This document shows positions 8,657 through 17,139 of a DNA stretch of 64,000 bases, piece by piece; position 1 is the first letter of the stretch, and the number at the start of each line of letters is the position of its first letter. The stretch spans positions 8,139-72,138 of the forward strand of contig CAMASI010000012.1 in NCBI GenBank assembly GCA_945861065.1, given 5' to 3'. A program made the translations under genes and the position numbers. The notes below the pieces were generated by a model. It did no database searches and was not told the DNA's origin. It was given only the letters and a program-made list of their open reading frames with translations. Origin of the DNA: Klebsiella pneumoniae. Lineage in GTDB: Bacteria > Myxococcota_A > UBA796 > GCA-2862545.

Positions 8657-9789
8657 GTGTCGATGTGGAAAAACGCTGGTCCACAGACCAGCTCATCACC
8701 GGAATCGAGATCAACGACTGGCTGAAGCTGCTGTCGAAGAACCAATGGAAGGTCGACCCGGTGTACGCCCATCGCGTCGCGTGGGTCAGCGCGTTCTCGG
8801 TGGCCAGCACCGCAGCTGGGCGGTTCGAAGACGCGCGCTACGGCCGGGAACTGGCGTCGATGGAAATCAATCCCGAGCCGCTCTTCCTGCTCGGCCACTG
8901 GCGCAGCGGCACGACCCACCTCCACAATCTGTTGGGACGCCTTCCCGGCCACACCTACCCAACGGTGTACCAGGCCGTGTTCCCCGGCTGCTTCTTGACC
9001 ACGTCGAGTTGGGTCCAGCCCCTCACGGCGCGGTTGATGGGGGGCACCCGTTCCTACGACAACGTGAAACACGGCTGGAACGAAGCCGCCGAAGACGAAA
9101 TCGCGCTCGCCAAGCTGACCGGCATGAGCCCCTACATCGGGTTCATGTTTCCCGGTTACGCCCATCGCTACGAAAAGTATCTCGATTTCGAGGAGTGTTC
9201 CGTCGCCGAACGCACGGCGTGGAAAGACGCATTTCGGTACCTCGTCAAGAAAATCATGCTGGCGACCGGTGGCGACCGCGTGGTCGTGAAGAGTTGCACC
9301 CACACCGCGCGAATTCGACTGCTCCTTGAGCTGTTTCCCAACGCGCGATTCGTGCACATCACGCGCCACCCCTACGAGGTGTATGCCAGCACGATTCACA
9401 TGCGGTCGCACACCGACTGGGAGAATCATTTCCACCTCCCAGAAGGCGACGCGGAAGAGGTTCGCAGCCGGCAGACGCTGACGCTGGGCCAGAAGATGTT
9501 CGAGCGCGTGGTGGACGACCGACGCTTGATTCCCGAAGGAAACCTCGTGGAAATCAAGTACGAAGACCTGATCGGCAACGAGATGGCCCACGTCGAAAAC
9601 ATCTACAAGACGCTTCGCCTGTCCAACTGGGACTCAGCGAAGCCGGTGCTCGCGGGCTACCTCGAAGGTGTGAAAGGCTACAAACGCAACAAACTCAAAC
9701 TCGACAAGGGTCGCCGAGACGAGGTGTTCGAGCACTGGCGAGTCATGTTCGACACCTACGGCTACGAGCGGGAATTCAAGGTCGGTTAA
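8653..9789 (+). CDS. Sulfotransferase family protein
   Basis: PAPS 5'-phosphosulfate loop LLGHWRSGTTHLHNLL, and VVKSCTHTARI (3'-phosphate-binding region). Confidence 0.8.
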   Translation: MSVDVEKRWSTDQLITGIEINDWLKLLSKNQWKVDPVYAHRVAWVSAFSVASTAAGRFEDARYGRELASMEINPEPLFLLGHWRSGTTHLHNLLGRLPGHTYPTVYQAVFPGCFLTTSSWVQPLTARLMGGTRSYDNVKHGWNEAAEDEIALAKLTGMSPYIGFMFPGYAHRYEKYLDFEECSVAERTAWKDAFRYLVKKIMLATGGDRVVVKSCTHTARIRLLLELFPNARFVHITRHPYEVYASTIHMRSHTDWENHFHLPEGDAEEVRSRQTLTLGQKMFERVVDDRRLIPEGNLVEIKYEDLIGNEMAHVENIYKTLRLSNWDSAKPVLAGYLEGVKGYKRNKLKLDKGRRDEVFEHWRVMFDTYGYEREFKVG

Positions 9790-9818
9790 TATTCTTAGCG
9801 CCTGCGACGGGGACTTCC

Positions 9819-10466
9819 ATGCGTTTCTACTTCGACTTTATCTCCCCATTCGCGTACCTCGCAAACAAACGTGTCCACGACCTTGCAGCGCGCCACAACC
9901 GAGCCGTGGAGCTGGTGCCCATCCCTTTCGGCGTGCTGCTCGACCACCACGGACACAAGGGTCCTGCAGAAATCGAAAGCAAACGCATCTACGTCTTCAA
10001 GCAGGTCAGCCGTATTGCAGCCCGCGAAGGCTGGCGGCTCACGCCACCGCCCGCCCACCCCTTCAATCCAATCCTAGCGCTCGCTGTGGCGTCCGTGCCT
10101 GGCCCGAACCAACGCCAAATTGTAGACACCCTGTTTGACGCCGTGTGGGCCGGAGGTCCAGGCGTGGCGCAGGTCGAGCAGATCGTGAATGTGCTCGACG
10201 CCGCTGGGCTTTCCGGACAGCAAGCCGTGGCTCAGGGCGTGGAAGGGCGCGCCCGGGTTCGCGCCCAGGCTACCGAAGCCATCGCGGCCGGCGTGTTTGG
10301 CGTGCCCACCATCCTCGTCGACCGCGAGCTGTTCTGGGGCGTCGACGCATTCCGTGACATCGACGCATTTCTTGGCGGTCGCGACCCCGTAGACCTACAG
10401 GGCCTTCAACGGTGGAAGGACCTGCCTGTAGGCGCCACGCGCAAAGCCGCCTCAAAGGCGGAATAA
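9819..10466 (+). CDS. DsbA-family 2-hydroxychromene-2-carboxylate isomerase-like protein
   Basis: MRFYFDFISPFAYLA...VFGVPTILVDRELFWGVD is the typical HCCA-isomerase/DsbA-like signature. Confidence 0.8.
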   Translation: MRFYFDFISPFAYLANKRVHDLAARHNRAVELVPIPFGVLLDHHGHKGPAEIESKRIYVFKQVSRIAAREGWRLTPPPAHPFNPILALAVASVPGPNQRQIVDTLFDAVWAGGPGVAQVEQIVNVLDAAGLSGQQAVAQGVEGRARVRAQATEAIAAGVFGVPTILVDRELFWGVDAFRDIDAFLGGRDPVDLQGLQRWKDLPVGATRKAASKAE

Positions 10467-10482
10467 GAGCGCCGCGCCCGAC

Positions 10483-12240
10483 CTACCAGCCTGCCGGGAC
10501 GAAACCCGCATCTCGGAACACCTCGTCGCCGTCGAACACCGTCCACAACACCACAGTCTCGGCAAGAGTCTCGGTTGAAAACGGGTCGCGGTCCACGACA
10601 ACAAAATCGGCCCGTTTGCCCACCTCGATCGAGCCTGCGATGTCGTCAAACCCAAGGAGCCAGGCGGCATCCGTCGTCATCGCCCGAAGGGCCGATTCCA
10701 CGTCGGGAAGGCTCTGATCGCCGCGGTCCACGGCACGCGCGATTCCCACAAATGGCGACATTGACGCCACATCGTAATCGCTGGAAAGCGTGATCCGTGC
10801 CCCAGCCTCATGAAGGTCGCGCACCCGATAATTCAGCGTATTCACCCGCTCGGCGCCCACCACGCGGTCGCTGTCATGGAGGAATTCCGGTTCGGTCCAC
10901 CAGCCCGCCAGCTGGATATCGGCGGTGACATTCAATTCGGCAAATCGGGGGATATCCTCGGGATCGACGAATTCTACGTGGGTAATCCGGTGGCGCCGAC
11001 CCAGATCACCGTGCTCCACCCGCGCAGCTTCGATGGCGTCGAGCCCCTCCCGAACACCGCGGTCTCCAATGCCGTGGAGCTGAACGTCGAAACCCGCTTC
11101 TTCCAACTCCGACACATATCGTTTCAACCGTAGGGGATCGAAATAATTGAGTCCAAGCGGATCCGTGATCGCGTTGTCCGTGTACGGTTCGAGCAAGGCT
11201 CCGGTGGTGATCCACACCAAGCCGTCTACATACATCTTCACCTGTCCGAAACGAAGCTTCGCGTCAGGCGCAACATCGTAGTAGGCCTTCAACGTCGCCA
11301 ACTGGCTGTCGTCGTCCTCGTTCGGGTAGGCCCACAATGGCACGTTGGCGCGCACCGTGAGCTCGCCGGCGTCGGCGACTGCGTGCCAGGCCTCCACGTA
11401 GCCCCGTTTCCAGTAACAACGCCCGTCGCCGATGCCTGTCAAGCCGTTCCGATTGGCCTCAGCGAGACCGGCCCGCAGCGCCTCCTCGTTGAGCGCTGGC
11501 ATTTCGGCGTTATTCGCTAACGCCAGATCAAAGGCAGCCTCACTGGCCGCATCCATCAGCAACCCCGTAGGTGTGCCATCGGCTTCACGAAGGATGACAC
11601 CCCCAGGGGGGTCTGGGGTCGTCGCGTCGTACCCAAGAGCCTCAAGCGCAAGCGTGTTCACCCAGGCTGCATGAGACGAAGCCTCCATCATGACCGCGGG
11701 CCGATCCGGAATGACGCTGTCCATCAGGCCCGCCGGACTGCCGGGACTCGACAGCGCCGACCACAGGTCAAAGCCCCAGCCCACGACCCAATCCGATCCG
11801 ACCTGGTCATCCTGGCAGTTTTCCAACGTGCTGAGGTGCGAACTGAGCATTCCATAGCCGTCCACAATGCACGTCCCGCCGGCGGGATGAAAGGCCTCAA
11901 GAATGTGGTTGTGGACGTCGAACAAACCCGGCAACACCGTGGCCCCTTCCAGGTCGACGACCTTCGTGGTTGGGCCGATCCACAGCTCTGGCACGGGTTC
12001 AACGCCCACCCAGACGATTTCGCCGCCACGAATCGCGAACGCCTCGAAACGATTCGATGCGCCATCCAGGGTCACAACCGCCGCCTTGACGATTACCGCA
12101 TCCGCAGGACCGTCCGTTTCGGGGGGCGGCGACGTGGTGGGCGTTGTGGGCGGCGTCGGTGGCAGATCGGCGTCCGACGTGACAATCGGCGCCTTCCCGG
12201 CCGGGTCTGAACTACACGCTGTGAGCACGAGCCAAATCAT
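10483..12240 (-). CDS. Amidohydrolase-3 family metallohydrolase lipoprotein
   Basis: Lipobox LVLTAC. VLPGLFDVHNHILEA carries the HxH metal site. Also VQLHGIGDRG and ITLSSDYDV. Confidence 0.8.
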   Translation of the reverse strand: MIWLVLTACSSDPAGKAPIVTSDADLPPTPPTTPTTSPPPETDGPADAVIVKAAVVTLDGASNRFEAFAIRGGEIVWVGVEPVPELWIGPTTKVVDLEGATVLPGLFDVHNHILEAFHPAGGTCIVDGYGMLSSHLSTLENCQDDQVGSDWVVGWGFDLWSALSSPGSPAGLMDSVIPDRPAVMMEASSHAAWVNTLALEALGYDATTPDPPGGVILREADGTPTGLLMDAASEAAFDLALANNAEMPALNEEALRAGLAEANRNGLTGIGDGRCYWKRGYVEAWHAVADAGELTVRANVPLWAYPNEDDDSQLATLKAYYDVAPDAKLRFGQVKMYVDGLVWITTGALLEPYTDNAITDPLGLNYFDPLRLKRYVSELEEAGFDVQLHGIGDRGVREGLDAIEAARVEHGDLGRRHRITHVEFVDPEDIPRFAELNVTADIQLAGWWTEPEFLHDSDRVVGAERVNTLNYRVRDLHEAGARITLSSDYDVASMSPFVGIARAVDRGDQSLPDVESALRAMTTDAAWLLGFDDIAGSIEVGKRADFVVVDRDPFSTETLAETVVLWTVFDGDEVFRDAGFVPAGW

Positions 12241-12280
12241 GCCAATCCGTAATCCGCAACGCGGGCCTCAGACCAGCGCG

Positions 12281-13741
12281 CTACGGCACGGCAAACTCAA
12301 ATTCCGCGCCGGACGTAGAAACGACCGTGACGTGGTCGGGCTTGCTTGGGAACCATGCGTTCGCTTCGTATTGGGAGCCGAGTGGGGCGTACCGCATGCC
12401 TCCAGCACCGAGGACCCGAAGGGTGTACACGCCGTTGTAGGTACTCGTCGCCTGAATCTTGACGCGGGACGTTGGGGGATCCCAGCGAATCAAGGTCGGC
12501 ACGACCTCTTCCGGAATCACCCCGAGGTCCTGATCGACGATAAAGTACCGAACAACTGGGCCCGCCTCAAGCGGCCCAAAGGTCTGGGCCGTCTGGTCGG
12601 GCCACACGACGGTCACATCCGCGGCCGTATCGCCACCGATGCCCAGGTTGACCACCCGTGAGGAATTTCCGTGCGCCGTATGCTGGCCCAAAACCCACTT
12701 GGCCTGGAATGTAGACGCCGAAACTGCAGACACCTCTGCGCCGACCGCGTTCGTATTGTTCAGTCCCGAGCCACGCAAACGAATGCCCACGGAGTTGTTC
12801 CCCACGCCAGAGTCGTTGCGATAATATCTCGGCAAACCGGCGTGGCTTACGAGGAGCAGGTCGTCGTCCCCATCCAGGTCGAGGTCCGCGGATTGCAGGC
12901 TTCGCCCAGCGACGCCATTTGCAAATGACTTAGGGGCCGCGAAGGAGTCTCCCCGGTTCATGAAGTACATGGCGTCGTCGGCCCCGGTGGCTGCGGTAAC
13001 GGCCAAGTCCTGATTGCCATCGTTGTCGATGTCCAATCCCTTCGCATTCCACGAATTTACCGCGTAATCCAGGCCCAGGCTTGCAGATTGGTCTGGGCTG
13101 TAAGTTCCGTCGCCGCGATTCAGATAGATCGAGGCGCCGGCGGCCGTGAACGGGTCGTTGACCGGATCGTAAACGTCGGACGTCACGAAGTCAGGAAGCC
13201 CGTCTCCATTCACGTCCATGACGTCGCTCCCCATGATGGCCTGATCTGTCGTGCCAAATTCCCCCAAAGGCGCGTCTACCAGGAGATCCGTGAACGAGTC
13301 GCCCAAACCACTGTTGGCGTACAACTGGTCACGGTAGCACATTGCACAGGAGAAGTCCTTGAAGACGTTCCCCGCGAAAATATCCGAATCCCCGTCCGAA
13401 TCGAAGTCGAAGGCGGTCGCGACAAGTGTGTCCCGCGCCGCCGGCCCACCAACCCCGGCGGACACAGTGACATCGCGGAATCCCATGCCGGGGCCGTTCA
13501 TGAGCAGGCGATTGGTCTTATCGACCGGCCCGGTGGACCCGTCGAAGTTCATGGCCCAGGACGTCACGTAGATGTCGAGCAGGCCGTCTCCGTCGAAGTC
13601 GGCAATTGCCGCGCTGGTGTTTCTCCGCCCTAAGGGATCTTCGATTCCAGAGGCGAACGAAATGTCAGTGAAATTCGCGTTTCCGTCGTTACGGAACAAC
13701 TGATTGGCGTGCCCCGCCGGTAAGTAAAGGTCATTCGTCAC
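12281..13741 (-). CDS. CRTAC1-like FG-GAP/VCBS repeat protein with an ASPIC/UnbV C-terminal domain
   Basis: Repeated D.DGDG..D motifs (ADFDGDGLLDIYV, DVNGDGLPDF, DIDNDGNQDL, DLDLDGDDDLLL) followed by GIGGDTAADVTVVWPDQTAQTF. No signal peptide is seen at the annotated start. Confidence 0.7.
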   Translation of the reverse strand: MTNDLYLPAGHANQLFRNDGNANFTDISFASGIEDPLGRRNTSAAIADFDGDGLLDIYVTSWAMNFDGSTGPVDKTNRLLMNGPGMGFRDVTVSAGVGGPAARDTLVATAFDFDSDGDSDIFAGNVFKDFSCAMCYRDQLYANSGLGDSFTDLLVDAPLGEFGTTDQAIMGSDVMDVNGDGLPDFVTSDVYDPVNDPFTAAGASIYLNRGDGTYSPDQSASLGLDYAVNSWNAKGLDIDNDGNQDLAVTAATGADDAMYFMNRGDSFAAPKSFANGVAGRSLQSADLDLDGDDDLLLVSHAGLPRYYRNDSGVGNNSVGIRLRGSGLNNTNAVGAEVSAVSASTFQAKWVLGQHTAHGNSSRVVNLGIGGDTAADVTVVWPDQTAQTFGPLEAGPVVRYFIVDQDLGVIPEEVVPTLIRWDPPTSRVKIQATSTYNGVYTLRVLGAGGMRYAPLGSQYEANAWFPSKPDHVTVVSTSGAEFEFAVP

Positions 13742-13992
13742 GCCCGCGTCCTGCGCAAGGAACTGTGGTGGTCCTCAAACGCAACGGCCGACTCCGCGAT
13801 GTCGTCGGCGAACTCGGACGGCCTCCTCTGAACCTTCCGCGGCCGTACGACACCGACGCGGCGGCCGCCCGCCGACGGCGCTTGGGCGCCCGGTGCCAAC
13901 GGCTACCAACGGGTTTGGATCACACCCTGAGGGGTCGTCGGCCTTGATCTGCCCCCCATTCCATGAGAGGGTGAAACAGCCTCAGGAACCTC

Positions 13993-15039
13993 ATGCCCGT
14001 TCACAGCCAGCAGCAAGGGACCACCCCAGCCCCACCCACCACGTCGACCTCAACGTCCACGACGACCGATGGGCAAAACCAGCTCGGTAACGACGCCGTC
14101 CAGCAACAACTTCAGGCCGTGAGCCCTGGCCGACTGAGTTGGACCGGGGCTTTGGGCGAAACCCTCGGCGGCAAACTCTACGACGCGATGGCGCCTCAAC
14201 TCACAGACGACAAACTGCTCGGACACGCGAACAGCATCGTCGCCGCCGCCATCGAAGCGCTGCGGGGCGAGGTCAACGGCAGCGTGACCCCTACCGACCA
14301 AGAAGCGGCCGCGCTGTTCGTCACCCACCTCGACGCCGCGATGCGCACCGCAGCGCGCCAAGCGGTGGTCGCGTCCGGTCTCAGCCAAGGGATCCGTGAC
14401 TTCGCAGACGCCCACCCCTTTGAAGTCGCGCTGGCAGCAGTGGCCGGTGCCGTCGCCTTCGTGTTGTCCAACCAAGACATTCCGTTGCTTTCCACCAAAC
14501 TTGGGCTTGGGGGTGGCCATGGCCTCGTGGTCGGCATCGATCCCGGTCGCACGTTGGCGCTCACCGTCGAGCAGGTCCGCGTCGGCTACACCTTCTCCGG
14601 CGACAACCTGGCCGCGCAGCTCACCGCCGACGTGTACCCAGACGGCCACGCTGTCGCCGGCAACGTTTCCGTCAACCCGACCGAAGACAGCAGCGTGGAC
14701 CTGAGCGGCAGCCATACCGATCGCGCGGGAACCCAGCTTTCTCGCGTGGACCTGCGCTACAACCGACCGGAACTCAGCGCGGGCCTCGGGTGGCAGAACC
14801 AAGTCGGCGGGCCAACGCCCGGCCAAAGTCTGACCGGGTCCATCAGTCAGCGGGGTGCTCCAGGTTCCGTTCTCGGCCAAGCCAGTGGCCTGTGGCACGA
14901 AAGCGGCGCATGGAACGCGGGCCTCGGCGTCGGACAAACCCAAGGCAATGCCAGCTGGTCGGTCGAGGGCTACACTGGACAGACCTCCGCCGGGACGATG
15001 GACACAGGCGTACGCGCGATGTTCCGCCTGCGTTTCTGA
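13993..15039 (+). CDS. Hypothetical protein with a T/S-rich N-terminus, a GN.AVQQQL motif and a beta-rich C-terminus ending in ...FRLRF
   Basis: ORF with coding-like composition. The C-terminal alternating pattern and terminal Phe resemble an outer-membrane beta-barrel signature, but there is no N-terminal signal peptide. Confidence 0.45.
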   Translation: MPVHSQQQGTTPAPPTTSTSTSTTTDGQNQLGNDAVQQQLQAVSPGRLSWTGALGETLGGKLYDAMAPQLTDDKLLGHANSIVAAAIEALRGEVNGSVTPTDQEAAALFVTHLDAAMRTAARQAVVASGLSQGIRDFADAHPFEVALAAVAGAVAFVLSNQDIPLLSTKLGLGGGHGLVVGIDPGRTLALTVEQVRVGYTFSGDNLAAQLTADVYPDGHAVAGNVSVNPTEDSSVDLSGSHTDRAGTQLSRVDLRYNRPELSAGLGWQNQVGGPTPGQSLTGSISQRGAPGSVLGQASGLWHESGAWNAGLGVGQTQGNASWSVEGYTGQTSAGTMDTGVRAMFRLRF

Positions 15040-15626
15040 CCCAAAACCACGGCAAGCGCGAGTCCGACAACCCCGAGCCCAGGCGACGCGCTGCCGTCAC
15101 ACGCACAACCCTGCGAAGCCTCCCCTTCCAAGGAGGCGGTATCCACTGGCGCCGTCGTATTTGTCGACCCCACCCGCAACGCAATGTCGGCACACTGGTA
15201 GTACAAATCGTTGGTCCCGGCCTCGTACGGCGGCTTGTCGAGCATCAACTGAATCAGCTGCAACGTGCAGTTCTCGCATGGCGTATCAGGTAGGGTGACC
15301 TCCACGCTGAATACGCCGTCGTCCTGGTCCGGGATTTCGTCCAACAAAACCCCATCATTCACATAGAAATCGTCCGTCGTCTTCGGGTCCTCAAACGAAT
15401 CGTCACCGTCTTCGTCAAACGCGATGCGGTACGTGGAAGGGTGGTCGATGGTCTCGTGCCAACGCACCCGAATCGTTTCGCCGGGCGCATACACGGTCAC
15501 ATCGTCGCCCCGTTGATGATCCCCTGCCCCGCACGGTCCGTCCTTCAACGAGTCCGTCACGGGGCTCGGTTTGTCCATCTCGATATGGGCCAAAGCGACT
15601 GAAACCAATGTAAGCACCCAAGCCAC
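14970..15626 (-). CDS. Secreted LPMO-like (histidine-brace-type) protein with a MYXO-CTERM-like sorting tail
   Basis: GTG start at 15626, 6 nt after GGGAGG. The signal peptide VAWVLTLVSVALA is followed by HIEM, giving a predicted N-terminal His. Also WHETIDHPSTYRIAF and YYQCADIAL. The tail is GCACDGSASPGLGVVGLALAVVLGQKRRR. Confidence 0.6.
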   Translation of the reverse strand: MAWVLTLVSVALAHIEMDKPSPVTDSLKDGPCGAGDHQRGDDVTVYAPGETIRVRWHETIDHPSTYRIAFDEDGDDSFEDPKTTDDFYVNDGVLLDEIPDQDDGVFSVEVTLPDTPCENCTLQLIQLMLDKPPYEAGTNDLYYQCADIALRVGSTNTTAPVDTASLEGEASQGCACDGSASPGLGVVGLALAVVLGQKRRRNIARTPVSIVPAEVCPV

Positions 15627-15713
15627 GTGCAACCTCCCGGTCGACGGCGCTCTAGCCCCGACTGCGGGGCGTCGCCCACGAATCAGGCTAGACCGCCAGC
15701 CGCCGGAGGCCAC

Positions 15714-17138
15714 GTGTCCGAATTCCGCACGCGAATCGAGGAATACCTCAGCTCGTCGGACCACCTTTCACGCCGCCACATCCATCCGCGCCTGCTGAAG
15801 ATGTTCGAGCTCGGCGGCATGTCAGTGGCCTTTACCCGCGCTGACGGTCCCTATCTGTACGACAAAGACGGCAACCGGTGGCTCGACTTTCTGGCCGGCG
15901 GCGGGGTCTATTACCTCGGACGCAACCATCCCCGCATCCACCAGGCCCTCATCGACGTCCTGTCGATGAACCTCCCCAACCTCGGGGTCGGCAGCGCCTC
16001 CGCGCTCGGCGGCCTGTTGGCGGGCAAGCTCATCGAACATGCCGGCCCACACTTCTCGAAGGTTGTGTTCGCCAACGCGGGCAGTGAGGCCACCGAAGTG
16101 GCACTTCGTTTCGCCCGGCAGGTCACGCGCCGCCGCCGTTTCTTGTTCGTCGAAGGTGCATTCCACGGCCGTTCCTACGGCGCCATCAGCGTGTGCGGTT
16201 TCTCGCAGATGCGTACGAACATCGAGCCCGCGATGCCTGTGTGTACGCCGATTCCACCGAACGATATCGACCGATTGCGCCAAGAACTTCGCTACGGCGA
16301 CGTCGCCGCCTTCATCTTCGAACCCGTGCAGGGCATGACCTGCAAGGTGCTCGACCCCGACTACCTGCGGGAAGCTGAGGCACTCTGCCGCCAGCATGGA
16401 ACCTTGCTCATTGCCGACGAAGTGCAGACCGGCCTCGGACGCTGCGGTTCGTGGTTCGCCACCACCGGAATGGGCGTCCATCCCGACATCATGACAGTGT
16501 CAAAGACGCTGTCCGGGGGCCAAGCGCCTGTAGGCGCGGTCCTCATCAGCCACGAAGTCCATGAACGGGTCTACGGCAGCTCTTCGTCCGAACTCGTGTA
16601 CTTCTCCACCTTTGCCGAGAACAATTTGGCAATGGCGGCGGGCCTCGCCACCATTCAAGTCCTGGAGGAGATGGACGCCCCCAACCTGGCCGCAACCAAG
16701 GGCAAGCTGTTGCGCGACGGATTGGACGAAATCCTCGGCCGCTACGACTGCGTGGACCGCATCGAAGGCGCCGGGTTGATGCAGACGATGTACTTCCGCG
16801 ACAGCGCCAACGTCTCCCTGGGAACACAGCAGAAAGCCATGAAGGCGTTTGACTCCAGCGCGTTCGCCGCGTCCATTCACGTGGACTTGTTCAGCCGCCA
16901 GCGGGTGGTGGCCCAACTTCCCGGCCCCGGGCTCGACGCCATCAAGGTCTTACCGCCTTTGATTTCGTCAGACGAAGACATCACCTTCTTCCTCAATGGC
17001 CTCGATGACTCGCTCGCCGAGTTGTACGCCCGTCGCGGACCGCTGTTCGCGCTCGGCCAAGGCGTTGCCAAGAACACGGTCGGCAAAGCGCTGGCACCGT
17101 GGATGAGTCGATGGACCGGCGAAGGGGCGGAGAACTGA
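15714..17138 (+). CDS. Class-III (omega-type) pyridoxal-phosphate aminotransferase
   Basis: GTG start 4 nt after GGAGG. Motifs ANAGSEATEVALRFAR, LLIADEVQTGLGRCG and DIMTVSKTLSGGQAPVGAV, with the Schiff-base Lys codon at 16503-16505. Confidence 0.85.
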   Translation: MSEFRTRIEEYLSSSDHLSRRHIHPRLLKMFELGGMSVAFTRADGPYLYDKDGNRWLDFLAGGGVYYLGRNHPRIHQALIDVLSMNLPNLGVGSASALGGLLAGKLIEHAGPHFSKVVFANAGSEATEVALRFARQVTRRRRFLFVEGAFHGRSYGAISVCGFSQMRTNIEPAMPVCTPIPPNDIDRLRQELRYGDVAAFIFEPVQGMTCKVLDPDYLREAEALCRQHGTLLIADEVQTGLGRCGSWFATTGMGVHPDIMTVSKTLSGGQAPVGAVLISHEVHERVYGSSSSELVYFSTFAENNLAMAAGLATIQVLEEMDAPNLAATKGKLLRDGLDEILGRYDCVDRIEGAGLMQTMYFRDSANVSLGTQQKAMKAFDSSAFAASIHVDLFSRQRVVAQLPGPGLDAIKVLPPLISSDEDITFFLNGLDDSLAELYARRGPLFALGQGVAKNTVGKALAPWMSRWTGEGAEN

Positions 17139-17139
17139 C

